DNA of 50,822 nt, filler included, from Sphacelaria rigidula (taxonomy: Eukaryota), in assembly GCA_964200075.2 (NCBI GenBank). It is 2 parts of 2 records of this genome, joined end to end, with 100 filler letters (N's around TTAATTAATTAA, not from the genome) between each part and the next. Parts side by side here need not be neighbours in the genome. Positions count along the whole stretch, not along the records: positions 25,482 to 50,822 come from CAXNAA020000170.1; 1 more part is not named here. One strand, given 5' to 3'. The position numbers and the translations under genes were made by a program. Shown here one piece after another: positions 35,101 to 50,100 of the stretch (positions are counted from its first letter, which is position 1; every line of letters begins with the position of its first letter). The notes under the pieces are model-generated. The model was given only the letters and a program-made list of their open reading frames with translations, made no database searches and was not told where the DNA came from.

Positions 35101-38100
35101 TCCGACAATCAAGAATCACTGAAAATAAGATGTGGAAATAATGAGCCGGGGCATGAAATGCAAAGTTAACAATCGGATCCATTCTACACGCGATGTAACT
35201 CCTCTGATGGCTGACATTTTCGTCGATTGAATACTGCCGGCGTCCACCATTCACCTCCTTCCAGATGAGGGATCTTGTATATAGGAGCACGCTTTATGAA
35301 TGTTGGCAATTCTTATCAGGCTTCGCTCCTTTGAAATATATAAAAAAATATCCAATTTCGCGTTCAGCGTCTTCATTCCTGAGTACCGACTACTCCGACA
35401 CGACCTCATCAAGCCACTACCGACCCAAATGTGAAATATATAAACACCATTCACGGGCGGGGAGCAGGCGGGGTGATATCGGTTAGCGCGAATGTAAGAG
35501 CGGGTCCGCCCGCCAGAGGTGCGACTACACACGGACATCGGCTGCACCCCGGTGGCCTAATGTTACAACTGACTCCATCAGGTCGGGGAGAACATGGGTT
35601 CGACTTCCGCCAGATGCGTTGAGTTTGGAATTTCGTCATTACTTTCTGACTCTTGTCGTGAGTAGCACAAAGAACTTAGTTGACTGAGGGTGTTTAACGA
35701 GAGTGGGCGTGGTGCAGGAATGCTGGTCCGACCCGCGATACAAAACTGCAAGGCCTGTACCGGGGGCGGTGGGGGATAGGGTGATCGCTCGAAGCCACGG
35801 ACTCTTCCCGAGGAAGAGGGGATTTTTACAGTGTGATGGACATGGCAAACATTGTGCGTTCTCTTCAGTAAAGTAGCAGCAGAAACTCTAGACACGAACG
35901 CTCTTAGAGGCTATACCACATAGCTGGCGTATTGGAACTACAAGCATCAGCTGGATCAATAAACCCAAGTAATAGTGCCGGCTCTCTGCTGAGTAACTCA
36001 CCCCTGATCTGTGGATGTGTCGGAAAAGTAGGGCGGTAGACTGTGTGATTCGCACTGGCAGCACCCGGGTGTGGTCTCGTACACTTCGCCTGAGACACCG
36101 GTGAGAGGTTTGGACGCGCAAATGAATCTTTAAGTTCAGTAATAAATCAACAATTGCATCGATCCTTCCCTCAGCGCGTGAACCCTCGAGGATAACTGAC
36201 GGGGTGTACAGGCAGAACGGTTGTATGCTGAGAAAACGGTGACAACGGTCACCATTTCGCAGCCAAGCTGTGTAGTGCAGTGTATACAAGCACAGAAATA
36301 AGGGGTCTCTGCTTGTACGCTGTCGATGTCACGTGCTCCTCTTCGACAAGTATCATCGTGTGGAAAACAAACTCGGCATAAAACATAATCGCACCCCACT
36401 CGACTTCAGTCGGGGTGAAAGACTACAACCTCGGGCGGAATGACGGGAGTGGTGAACACACTATTGTTCCAAGACGAGGTCTCGTGTTTGGGCGTCGCAA
36501 CCAGGAAAGCATCTTGTACTTTCGTTCGCGACTTGTTTCAAGATGAACGTTTTCGTCGTTGCTGTAGGTCTAGAGCTCTAACGCGATACCGGCCATTGTA
36601 TTGCTGAGTATGCACAATAAAACATGGTGGGCGAAGACGGGCTAACAGCGTGGACGGGCGCCTATAAACACTCCCAAGGTGTTGGGTGTTACTCCGGTCC
36701 ACCGATCATCACGCAAAACGTTCTCGGGAAGTTGCCTCCTCACGCTTTATGTGACCTCAGTGACTAGTGTTTGAGCGGCTCACTCTGTAGGTGGGAATGT
36801 CTACGTAGCGGAAATGCTCGGATTCCCCGGGTATTTGCCATTTTCTTTTCAAGTAGAGAGACGCTCGGTTTACGTCGCAGAGGTTATCATTGCACGGTTT
36901 TCCCGCAGCCGTACCACCGCTAGGTAGGTATAAAATATACCGGAACAACGGCACAGCGCCTGTTTTATCTGTACATTTTCAATGTCCTGCACCAAACTCG
37001 ATATTTTCCGCGTACAAGGCACCATGTCGGAGTGAGACTTGTACGTCACGTACGATCGTACCAACACACCTTGGCGGCCATCTGGGGTGTGAAACCACGA
37101 CCCCGCTTGGATCTCTCCGCTCAGCGCCTTTCCGTCATTATCAAGTAGCATCTCCCATTCTAGGATGGGCCAGTCCACATCATCACAGAACGCTGGAATC
37201 TGCCGGCAACGGTACCTGTTCGAGCAGGAGCGAAAGAACGAGCGATCACGCGTTCTCGTCAATATTTGAACGTTCTCCCGTCAGTTATCGAAAACAAAAA
37301 GGGAAATAAAGCCTGGTGTGATGAACAACAGATAGTTGCGGCAGCATTTGAGAGGAATATACCGTTATACTGTTGAAACATCAGCTTACCATCACTTCAC
37401 CTCTGAGATCGAGCGTGTCAAACTAGTAGGTACTTCTTACTACGCTGGAGGCCGCTACAGCGGCGGGTGTTTTTGCTGCCGTGACAGGGTCATAGCTGCG
37501 CACCGTGAAGTATGCATCTTGTTTTATCTTCATGCGCGCCGTTCAAAGATACTGCACGATTCGACCTCAACTGCTGTTGGAACTTCAATGACTCCGTCTC
37601 CTTCTAGATGATTCGGAAGGGGTAATCGCGTTGACAGATCAAATTTAGAGCTCGTTTAACCGTAGATGCGGACCACGAGAAGCAGCGGAGGACTTTAGAC
37701 CGTCTTGATGAGAATGTTTATTGCGATCTGGAATTCAGATTAGATCGAGGTTACATAAATCACTTTTGGGAAGGCCAGTATTATCGTGCAATCCCCATCT
37801 CGCATATCACATCAATCTGGGATGATCATGTGGGTCGTCATATCCATCCAGAATGCGGGTACCCTCGGGGATATGAATACCCATCTGAAATACCCATCTG
37901 TGATGTCAGATCAATCTCGTATTCTCATTTGTGATGAAAAATATCTGTCTAACAATTGCTATTCATTAACCTGGGATATCCATCTAGGTCATCAATCTAG
38001 GATATGGTGTCCACCCGGGACATCCACTTATAATATAGATACTTACGTGGGATATCCACGTGGGATATAGGGTATGAGCATCCACCTGAGATGTTCATCT

Positions 38101-41100
38101 GAGATATCGAACTGGGATTCCATCTCGAAAATCTATCTGAACAATCCATCTGGAACATCCACCTGAACCCGGCACATCCCAGGTGTACGATGATCTGGGG
38201 CATAAATACCTCCTTTGGACACCTCACCCTAACTTCATTCTGAACCTTGACCGCCTAATCCTACGGCAGAATATCCCAGATAGAGAACTGACATGGATCT
38301 GACTTTGCAAGACACTTTACGTGGACGTGAGCTTCAGATGGACAGGCCGGCATTTGCTTTGCTTTGTTCGTTTATTTGTTCGTTTTGTTTAGTTTTGCCT
38401 TGTTTTGCTGTGTCTGTCCGTTTGTTAATGGTTTTCCGGTTTACTCTTTATGCCTGTTCCATCTTCCGTTTTTTTCATTTTCCTTCAGCGAGTGTTCCCT
38501 TTTTAATTTTATCTCGAGTAGGTCCATACTGTGCGCACGATCGGATCCCTGGGCGGTCAGTCCATCTGCAACAACCATTTTATCAATTCCACGTGGATGT
38601 GGACATCCCGGATGGCTGTTCCAGTGAATATTGAGACTGATAAGATAAGCTGATACCCCAGATAAATGTCCCAGGCAACCATATTCATCACAGGTGGAAT
38701 GTAAAATAAGATGAGATAGCGCTTTTGTGCCCACAGCAACCAGTACTGGGTTCTACAACCAACTTAGTTTGTCTTGATCTGTACCGAAGTTCTCAGATTC
38801 GCTTGATTCAATAGCGGTCGTTGGTCACGACAGGGTTAAGGAGCTAATGCGAAAATCTCGGCAAAATCACAGCACGTGCAGAAAATCCTCGAACAGAACA
38901 CACGCAGATAGTTGCGCAACAAATGTAGTCGATCTGGCGCCAGCTCCTGCTTTTCTACAGACAGCAAATACTCATGTTATAGAAATCACTTCAGCATTGG
39001 AGGAGAGACAACCCTATACGTGGAAACATTGCTGCTACGGAAAACAATTATTTGATTGTTTGCGCATCTTGTACTCGGCGCACGCCTGGCATAAATTGTC
39101 ATGCTTGACTCAATTTCGATCAGGTTTGACTCGAGTGAGGTACCTCGTACTCACATGACCAATAGATAGCGATGGTTCACTAAGTTTGGTAAGGAAGCCC
39201 ATTACGGTGATGGGCGATCATGTTATGATCTGCATCATGTCTGCGCGTGTTTGAGCTCGGTGTCAACCCCTCGTTGGAGCATGACAATATATTAAGAATA
39301 CCGGTTGGAGTGTGATGACTGTGTACGGCGAATTTCTGGGAGTGTGGAACACATGTCGGAGACAATCACAGGATGACATGGAGTGAAACCAGTCAATTTC
39401 TCGGACAATGCTGTGTAACTGACACTGTTCAATTGAACTAGCCACCAGCTCATGGCCCTGAGAATCGACGTCCTCTCCACTTACCAGTCAGGCATCGGGA
39501 AAGAGTCCACGACATCCGAACCACCGCACTCGACGGCTGTCCCATTGATGTCGAAGCAGGTCTCCAACGCGTACGTTTGAAGGCACGTTTCGTAAGTCTC
39601 CGCTTGTAAGTCAACACTAAACAAGTAGGGCAAAAACATCACAGGGGCATGACAAACGCGCCGACGGTATGGGTCGAATGGCGTCAGGTGCAGGCTAACT
39701 GTAGGTGGGCGCCAAAAGGCTCTTGATCAGACGTCCACCCCTGACCCGCCGCTGGTGTGAAGCCTCTCTGCTAGGAGAACTCACGCTGTTTGGCAAATGA
39801 CAAAAGCATGATCGACCATGAGTGTCGTCCAAGAACGGACCAACAGCTTGCGTGCGCTGGTTCCTGACTTGTGATCTGTCTTTTTTGCCGCCATACCAAT
39901 TTCCCAATAATCATTGAGACGGCTAGGTCTCCGTTGCGCGCCCTACCGATCGGCAGTGTCAGTCACCTCGGAGTGGAGCAGGTGGGTGGGTCTTCCTCCC
40001 ACTCGCACTGATAGCTTGTGGGGCATGGCTTGCAGTCGATGTAAACGGCGAGCTGGTAGTGTTGACCGTAGGTCATGTTGCGCGTGAGGCCCGATACATC
40101 TAGCGTAATCGCCGCAACCTGTCGAACGAGCATAGTAAGTCGCGTTCAACCGTGAAACTGTCAACAAAGCGGTTGATCTATGTGCCCAAGTGCTGAACCA
40201 TTCGTTTGAAAATGCCCACCCACGGACATCATCTGTCGAACGAGCATGGTAAGTGAAGTTCAACGATAAAACTGTCAACAAACCGGTTGACCTATGTGCC
40301 CAAGGGCTGAACTGTTCGTTTGAAAATGCCTACCCACGGACACCATCTGATGGGCACTGCATGGAGGATGGTGCTTCTGTCGAAGTGCCTGTATCACGTC
40401 ATCACGAGGGCTGAGGGTTGTGAATTACGCACTAGACCATCAACGTTTTCGGCCGATATCTAGATCTCGATGAACATAAAAATGTTTTGAGTATCAGCTA
40501 TGGCTCACAGTAGAACGAAAATCGTGCTTGAGGAGTACAATTGGCACCAAAAATACAGTTTTCTGAATCTCAATGGTCGGGTCGAAGTTCTATAGTACGT
40601 TGCCTACTGCATTTTCACGTCACCATTCACTACATACTATTGAGGACATTGGATTTACATTGTGAGTACCACGCACATACCGTTGCTTCGTGTTTATAGA
40701 TACTGAACACGAAATCACTTCGTACGCAGAGCGCTAGGCATCTGCATCCATGGTACAGCCTTCTCTGCGCGCACACCTCGAGAGAATCAAGTCTCAAAGA
40801 CCCCAGAGTGAAGTCGTCCCTCCCTGTAAGTTCGGAAAACTCGCTTCCGTTGTTGACGTGGTCCGTGTAGTTGGGGCTGAACATGTATCGATCAGGGACA
40901 GCGTTCAGTCTCCTTAGAACGCTTCCGTCCGCCTGCCCGCCAACGATGAGCACGTGGATGGGGGTTATCGGTTGGTCGTATTTGTAATCGTCGCTTCAGA
41001 ATGGTAAATCCGGTCTCAAACCTTACCTCAAAACCAACAAGTGCAAGGTCTTCGTCAGAATTTTACCTCAGAGTGACCACTGCGAGATATAATGCACGGC

Positions 41101-44100
41101 CTCGGCGCCTTCAAGTAAAGTATCCAATTCAATACTACGACGAAGGCAACGTCAACGAAGAGTACATTGTTGCACAGTGATTATATGCCTCTATGCTTGC
41201 CTCTGACTACGGTCAATTTATCGCACTCGAAAAATAAACTAGTGGCATAGACGTACATTTACCGCACACAATTACAGTGGGTATATCTCACTCAACGCTT
41301 GAAATTTGGAAAATTAAAATCACCACACCTTTCCTGCAGGTCGGAGTAATGCCATAAAGGACCAGCTTGCCGCATTTCACGGTGGTTCAAGGCATGTGGG
41401 GGATTGTTTCATGCAAAGCTTTGGGCGGTGAAAATCCGAAGACATTCCTCAAAATAAGTACCATGAATTTACATTTCACGACGATGTTGAATCGGGACGA
41501 CACCTGAGATGCGCGTGGGGCAAATGGTTACCCGTGTTGAAGAAATCTAACTCGACGAGGTTCAAGGATGTGAACACGGCTTCCCAGTTTCAGGCGCTGG
41601 AGCAACTTATAGCTCAGACAGCAGTCGAGCGTGTCTCGATGATGGAGATGATTGAAACGTCGTATTATTATCGAAGAACCGTGATGGTCCACAGTCACTC
41701 TCGATAACTAACTTACGAAAGGAGATATGCTCGGCGTTCTATGCTCTACCGAGGGATAGACGTGGACAACAGTAAGTTAGCTGCCAGAAGGAAGTCGGAA
41801 GGAAGTGAGAAAAAGGGGGGGCTGGTTTGGCTGCCTCGCTCTTCCCATCACTCGACGTCTAGAAAACCGCTGGGGAAGTCACCCGTGCTGATCACCCCCT
41901 CGCTTGGGAAACCATCCGTGCTAATCACCCGTTCGCTAGGGAACCACCCGTGCTAATTACCCGCTCGCTAGGAAAATTACCCGCTATTCTCGAAGTCTGT
42001 TGTTCTCGAATAACTCTTGTTCCTGGAACGTACTTCACCAATCGTGCTCACCGATGAATCTACCAAATTGATAGAGTACAGGGTATACTACGTATTCCTT
42101 AACAACCCATATTGATATTGGTGTACGGGCCCGCATCATGTCTTGTGGGTGTTTTTCGACAGGAAATATTACATAGACTAATGGTAGTGCCCTCCGATAC
42201 CACACTCCCAGTGCATACCTCACAGTTGTAGATATCTTCCGATCCCAATGCCGAGATTGTACCGTTGGGGCACTTGAGCAGCCGTTCGCACTCGCACATA
42301 TCGAGTCGTCCTGGTAGGCCGTCTACATCGATCCACACCAGGGTTTCCAGACGTTCTTTTGGCGGTTGATGCCGGACGATATTGGGCGCAGTAAGGCGAT
42401 GCAGGTGCAGTATGTCTGGTTCAGTTAAGTAAGCTGCGATTGTTTTGCCCCATTGGGATTACATACGAACTTCGATGGAAACGTTGATCATCGTGACCAT
42501 TTCGGTAGCTTTGATTCCAACCACGTCCGAAAATTCCTCTGAAACGCAGTGTAAAAAAAGTGTAGTGAACGATAGGTACTTCCAAAAACCGGTGCATCCC
42601 TATCAACGTAGGCGATTGCGCCCACGTGATGTTCTTGACTGATCACACTGTCTGATACAGATCGTACTTGGTCGAGCTGACTTCGTCCGAAGATCACTAA
42701 CCAGCATCTCTCTCGTCAACCTTTTGGTTATGTTGTTCACCCAGACTTCGTTTCCCTTTCCCCTTTCTTCGCTTTCTCCCTGTTTTCTTCTTTCTCCTCA
42801 CGCCTCACCCGCACCGATTTGTGCATCGCGTTTTTTCCTAAATTTCACCGGGGAGCGTTCTGCGCTGAAGATTTCTTACCACCGAACTCTTCGACGTATC
42901 GCACAGCCTGGTAGAGATCGTAGACGTAGGGATCCATGGCGTCTCGATTGCCCGCTACTAGGTCTTCGTACTCGCTCTTGTACTCTGTTTCCACCTGTCG
43001 CGGGTGTCATCCCACGAAAACGGTAGGAGCGATACGAATCTTTAGCGACCATATCGCCGAAGCACTGATCTTGCGCAGTCTCCTGGCACAGGATAAGTTG
43101 ATATTATGCTGCGTACAGCTGAAAGTATGTCAATATCAAACGTATTCGAAGACAATCTACCATGTGAGGGGGGCGCTCCTGTGTGTGAACGTGAGCAGGG
43201 GCCACGTTCGTGATTACGGCTCTACACTTCACTTCCCGAGTGCACGATCCTTGGGACTTGGCATTTTCGGCGGGAAACAAGATGCTCTTGTGCGTCAAAA
43301 CGATTGACAATAGCAGTCAACTCTTCATGCGTCCCCCCGACCAGAATCGCATATTTCTAAAACACCTTCACAAACGGGGTTGTTTGCTGATAAATATACA
43401 GAAGTAACGGAAGTATTTGCAGCGGTATGGCATTCGCTACGGCAGGGGCGTCTCAGTAGTACAAAACCCATACCTCGTCCTTGAGATCGGCGTAGGATGT
43501 ATAATTCCGAGCAACTTTCCACGTCAATTGAACTCCAAGTCCGGATGACGTGTTCAGGGAAAGGGCTCCGGCGGGAGTCTGCGACACGGCGTGCACCTAC
43601 GAAGACCATCGTGGATATGCATGATGAGAAACGTCAGGTGCTGAACCTCTAGATTGTTCGAACAAGAGATCGGCTTCAAGTACGAGAACCATGCTGGCTT
43701 CGGCGGCTAGCCAGTCGAATGTTGGACACTATTTTCAAAAGAAGACAGCGGCGTCAAACCGTAACAGATTCGGGCACTGGTATGTACAGAGGGGAGGTAC
43801 GGAAGGGGTGTATGATAGTCCCGAAAAGAGACGCGGGATAAAAGTGCTAGCGGCAAGAAGGTGGACAACACTGTTGTGGAATACAGTGCATGGGAACTCC
43901 GGACGCCATTTAAATATCACACGTTCGACAATTTCCACGATGTCCTCTACCCTCCTCCTGAAATCAGCCCAAGACTGTCACAATAAAATGGTCATACAGC
44001 GCCTGATGTTTGTTTTCAGGCTGCATGAAACGCCTCATACGGGCGACATCAACGAACACAAACCCAAGCGTGGGAATCCCCAGGTGCTCGTTTTGCTCGG

Positions 44101-47100
44101 CTTTTTCAGTCAGAGTTACGGGTACATTTCGCCTCCCCAAACCAGCCATTTTGTTTAGGGGAGGGGGAACTATCGTAGAAAGTGTCATTCCAATATTTGT
44201 CTCTGCATATCTCAGCCAAGAACATAAAAACCTCATTGAGATGTGAGGAGAAGCGAAGAATCGTTAGCCCCGCAAGCTACGAAAATAGAATAAATGTCCT
44301 GGCGGAAAGCGTTGGTTCCAGTTTCGAGTCAAGACCGCCTGCTACAGATAGGCGGACGATTCCTTGTCTGTTACAGATAGGTAGACGACTTCAACGCCCT
44401 ACCCTCACTCAGGCCGACTCCGAACAAATCTTACGTAAGGATCGTATGGAACCGCCCCGGACGTAAGGTTCAGCGCAACGCCATCTCTGCTGTCCTCTGG
44501 GAATTCGCAAACGGTGCTTGTGAGGTGAATCCGCTCGAACCAGAAGTCTCGTCCCCCGTTGTACTCCTCGTATATGCTGGCAATTCCTAGGTCGTCCAAA
44601 TCGCCACCAGTGCACTTCCATAGTCTATACACGGCCACGATTACGTGCACCTGTTTTCCCGTATGCCACAGAAAATACGATGCGGAGGGTTTGCGAGGTA
44701 CGACGGGGGTGAACCTGAGGAAGTGGTGTTGCCTTGGAATGGTGAACCGTGGTCTGCGGTTTGCTAGTTCTGGGAAGTCGAAAAACCGATCAATGTGTCA
44801 CACATGGATACAATGGCATTCACCATCGCAGATGTTCATCAAGAGTCTGAGATTGCCTGGGCACGAGTGCGGTAATCCTTTTGTGCCAAACTCTCGATTG
44901 TGTGTCATTGTGTAAGCTTCAGGGGCGTTTTCATACCTGATTAACACAGTCACATTCCTGGCGATCAATGGCCGCCGCGACCAACCACCACTTATGATCC
45001 CGCGCGCACGACAAGTCCACCGCAATCGCCTCATTGATAATCGACGGCCGAACGTATTCCTCAGAATCCAGGTCATAATCGTTTGCACCGTCTTGCCCAC
45101 CCGCCTCTGCACGACTGCGCACGTCCTCGCTCAAAACCGAAGCGATTTGGTTCGTGTACGGTGAATTTCCCGGTCGTGCCACGCGCAAGTAGTCCACGGC
45201 AAGCGTATTGGGGGGATCACTCGACTCTTTGAGCCAGCGAGTGTAGTAGCGCTCCTTGTGTCCAATGTCGATCGCGGCTAGACAGCGAAGATCGTGCGCG
45301 CTGACCATCCGAACGTCCTGGTTGCGCGTGGATTTTCCAAGCGAGCGAAGTCGTCCGGTCAGGTCAATTGGGTTGCGATTGACTTGGGTTCGAATCCAAA
45401 GCCACTGTACAACAGCCCGCGCGTAGTCTACGGGTATCTTCAATTCAACACTGCTTTGACGTCGGCCCAGGAGCGCTTGTTGCTGCGTCGGATCATGTAT
45501 AGGTATGACGTAGTTGTGCCCACGTTTAGCGTACTTCTGATCATGTGCTGTACCTTTGATGTATTTCGCGCCCACTTTTAGCGTGCGCCCCGGCGCACCT
45601 TGCACACCGAAATCGCCCGTTCACACCGAATATGTTCCAGTTTCTTGCGGCGAGATCGTGTCAGTGCGAGTCGAAGAGCTCACGGAAAACACAAAGCTTT
45701 CTCACAACTTTAGGTTTACCTCATCACCCAGGTACTTGAGTGTTTCGACATCCAAGAAAGGATTCGCCTGCTCCACGGTCAGACCTCTATTGACAGCATC
45801 GTCGGCCATTTGACCAGTCCGAGGGTCGGCAGTACCCGTTGGACAGAAGTAGTTCTCACTGCAAGCCTGGGAGAGGAGGCAACACAACCGACCAATGGGG
45901 ATAAATCATTGATGACCTCCAAACTTCGTCGAGATACGAATAACGAGGAGACACGAGGTTAGTGTAATCGGGTGCCATGTGCAAGGATTTTCAGTCTACT
46001 GATGCAAGAATTTGTTCAAGACAATAGTTTCGAAACAGACCTTACTAGAAGCTTGAGTTGGGTTGTCCCAGGCCACGTAACCTAGATTTCCAGGGTGTCT
46101 CTAGAACCCATTCTTCCAGGATACCTGGGATACCGGCTGTCGGCAGTACCGAATATGCCAGGGTATCTGAGATGTCAACTGTCGAACGTACTGAATACTC
46201 CAGGGTATCTGGGGTGCTGACCGCCGAAAGTATCAAGAACTTTGGTGCACCTGGGATACCGACGGCCACGAGTCCCGAACTTTCCCTGGTGTCCATCGTA
46301 TCTACTGCTGACAGTGCGGAGTGATGGTGGGTGCCAAGGGTATCGACTGCCAAAAGTATCGAGTATTCCATAGTAGCCGGGTTATCGGTCGCCAATGATA
46401 CCAAGTATTCAAGGGGACCTGACAGGGTACCTGGAATACCGACACTTCACAATATCCCGCCTCGAGCCCTAATGCATTCGCGCCACCCTTGAAACTCTTG
46501 TGCAACGGTCAGCACGTCGAATGTTGGTTCAACAGGTTGTTTCTCATCATGTTTCTGAGAGGCACGTTCCGTTAAACTGAACAGGATACAGTAAACTCTG
46601 ACAACAGGTAAGGAACTCTTTATTGCACCGACGTTTGTCAGAGAAGGGCAGTATTTCCGGAGATGAGACACGTTAGTACAGTCAAAACGATCTGCAAAAA
46701 GAGGGGTTGCTGTGATGCTTTGTCCGGAATAACGCCATAAGGGAGAACCGCAGCGCAATACTGTGCGGTCGAGGCATGGGTAGGAGTAATTTTCTGTGCC
46801 ATGAAAGGAAAAAAAGGTGCGGCTATTGCACGTTTGAGTTTCCAAGACCATAGCGTGGAATCCCCAAAGACAGTCCGCACCGCGGGCAAGCAGGCAAGCA
46901 ATGGGGCAGCCCTCCGGAAACACTGTAATGCGGAAAAAAACAGGACTTGGATGGAAATGAGTTTCGAAAGCAAAACGACATTACCCCCCTGAAAGCTTGA
47001 CTGTATAAGAATACCTGATTCTCCACGGAGCAAGTCATGATATCGAGATCGACGTTACCAAGGGAGCGCATAGAACGGCTTGCGGCAAAGAATGCTCGAA

Positions 47101-50100
47101 GACAGGAATGGGCGAAGGAATATAAATGAACCCTAGTACTTGATACATACGTCAAAGATCTGCTAATATACACAAGTAAAAAAGTACAAGAAGTGACTTG
47201 TAATATCGATATGTGTGTTTTGCACAGAGGTGGTAGCTGTCGGTGAGCACCAGCCGCAACTATACAACAGTTTATCCCTTGGGGAGCTCTCTCCCTTTGT
47301 ACCTGACGATAGGCTTGACCCAGTCCAGTGCCGTCGGTGCACACATATCCCACAGGACACAGGCGCGTGAATTGACCCTTTTCACGAAAACCCACGATAT
47401 CAGCGGAACGCACGAGATAAAAACAAAACAGTTCATCAGCCGGATTCAACTATTATAACGAAAACCGGTCCTATCGACGGAGCTAGCTGGATATCGCTGC
47501 TGTCGCCCACACTTCTCTGCAATAAACCTTGGAATATGGGGCGAGGGCTCATTCTAGGTGATCCCGAACATGATTCACAAGATCAATGCCTGCCACTACC
47601 TATGATCTGTCAAGCCTTGTCGGGCGATCACAACGGCGATAATATCTCCAGTATCACCACCTTTATTGCACTGCTAGTCGAGCGGTCAGCACGATATCAA
47701 CCAACGGGCGAATAGAGCCTCTGGGAATAAAAAAAAACATTGTACTCGAGGTACGTTGTGAAGACCTGAATGTGTGCGTTTCACCACGGATTCGAAAACG
47801 GCTGTCAGATAATATTAATCGATGACAACGATTCTACTAGTGCACGTCGAGATAGTGCTAGTGATGACGCACAGGAGCTTCGCGGTGCGGATGCGTTGCA
47901 TATCATCTCGTAGCAATAATGGGCATGAACTGGTTGCGCAGAGGGTAAGTACCGTGAAGCACCAACGTCTACTATCGTAGGTATTGGCCAACACAGGACC
48001 AGCGAAACATAACCCTTCGACGGTGAAATACCCCGAAGGTGAACCACGAACGCTCACTGCCATATCTGTATAACATCACCTCAGGAGCCTCGAGATCTGG
48101 ATCAGGCGTGGTGCCAAAATCGCACACATATCCCTGCGGGATAACGGGTAAGCCGGCGACATTCGTTCAGGGGTTGGGAGAGACACCAAGTCGAGCGAAC
48201 AATGCTTGATGGGCGACCACCGGTTTTGCGTCAGACGTCAACTGGACCACGATATACTTTATTTTTGAAGCACGAACTGTATCCTGCAACGACCATACCT
48301 GGGCAGGTGATACATATATATATATATATATATATATTGGAAATGCATCGGATTCACCCTAACGAGCGCTGTGGAACTTTTTGTATTGATAGCGAAGATG
48401 TCCTTCGGCTCACGCGCTCTTTGTTCACAATGGCCACACATCACCGCATACCCTTAAACAACAGTGCGCTTTGCAGATTTCGCAGTGAATTCGGCTTGTT
48501 GTACAGTCTCGCCGCTTCACCAGTCCAACAGAGTTATGACAAACAAATACCAAAGAATAAAATATACATCAATATCCTCACGACGCATCGAACCATTTCT
48601 ACTGGTGGTAAGAGGAAACACAGTACGCACGGACAGGCAGTGGCGAACGCACTCATAAAGTGCCTTAGACTTGCAGCAAGAAGCGCAATGGAGCGCCGGT
48701 CACACATCACCGCTGTCTGCATGCTCTTGAGCTTTCAACGCGCGGACATACATGAAACGTATGCCGCATATTTGTGGTAGTCTTGGCCCTTTGGCCGGTT
48801 TCACCTCTCGGCAGGGGAAGTACACGCTCTCCTCGGATTTCGAGGCTTCCTCGCAGATGTAGCCCTCTGGGCAGGCCTCCGCTTCGGTACTCCCGGTGTC
48901 ATCACACACGATATCGGCCTTGCAATACATGCATCGTTCCAGATCAAGCGCAATGCGAAACGAAGCGTGAGGATGGATCACTTCAAGGCACATGCGACGA
49001 CACCACGCGCTCGAACTTTCCCACCCAAATCTACTAAAATTGCGAGCAGAGGTAGTGTAGATGGTGATCAACATTCACCAAAACCGTCTGCATTTGAACG
49101 TAGTTAAGAGGATGAAGTTTTATTTGCTGAACAAATACCTTTATCCCCGTGAACGTCAGCAAGACCCCTGCGAGGTGGTTGCTGTACCCTTGATCCCCAT
49201 GCAGATGGACCTTCCTGACCTCGTCGAAAAACAGCCAATATACTCGACTGGATTACACGCGCGAGCGAGCTGATGGCTTTGTATCTATCAGGGATATCGT
49301 AACGATATTTGCTTCACCCCGCACCTCACACGTTCCAGGGTACCAGGTATCGCTGAGGAGTGCGATCTGTCTCTGGCCTTCTTGGTCATGATCTGGGTCA
49401 GTGTAGACCATGATCTCTTCATCGGCTGTCGCGTAGACGCTGTCATTGCTCATCAGCTGGTCGGGTAGAGTAGCACAGACAACGACAGCGTTTCGAGTGC
49501 AACACCGATGAGATTTACGACCGACGTTCGCGTGTGGTTTTTACAATCAAGCCAGGGGAAGTTGACAGTGGGTTGTGAGAGCTTCACACAACATTACCGC
49601 CCAGGACGATGCATAAATGCCCCAACTCTGGGTACCTTACTCTTCGTTCACGAGAGCGGTTACAGCACAGATTTCTCTAGCAGATGATTTCACAACGGAA
49701 ACTGATATTCTCCCGAGGTCTATCTTGACCTGGTCGAGTAATTGCGCACACCACACGAGCGAAAGTCTTTGATTTGAAGTGGTTATTCATTGAACTTCAG
49801 GCGCTTGCAGTTTCCAAAGGTCAGCCTTGAGTCTGCCGTCGTTTGAAGGCAGGCATCAAGCTGCTTCAGCACTACTTGCCTGGTATCCCGGGGTGCAGTT
49901 AAAGCTAGCGTCGTACACCCTGGAGCGCGGAAGGTCGATGAAAAGACTGCCCTTCCCCCAAAAGCCATCGTACTCTTCCTCATTCCCATACTCTTGGTGA
50001 TGAACGCCAGTCTGGATGTCATATTGAGGCCCATAGTAGTCACGCATGCGCTGGTAAACCTGCGCAGGGAGGCAGGGGGGGTGTACTCATGATCATGCTT

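Noticed and set aside
29047-41985. CRISPR-like arrays (18-bp and 31-bp repeats)
   Set aside because: The units are contiguous without unique spacers, and there are no cas genes.
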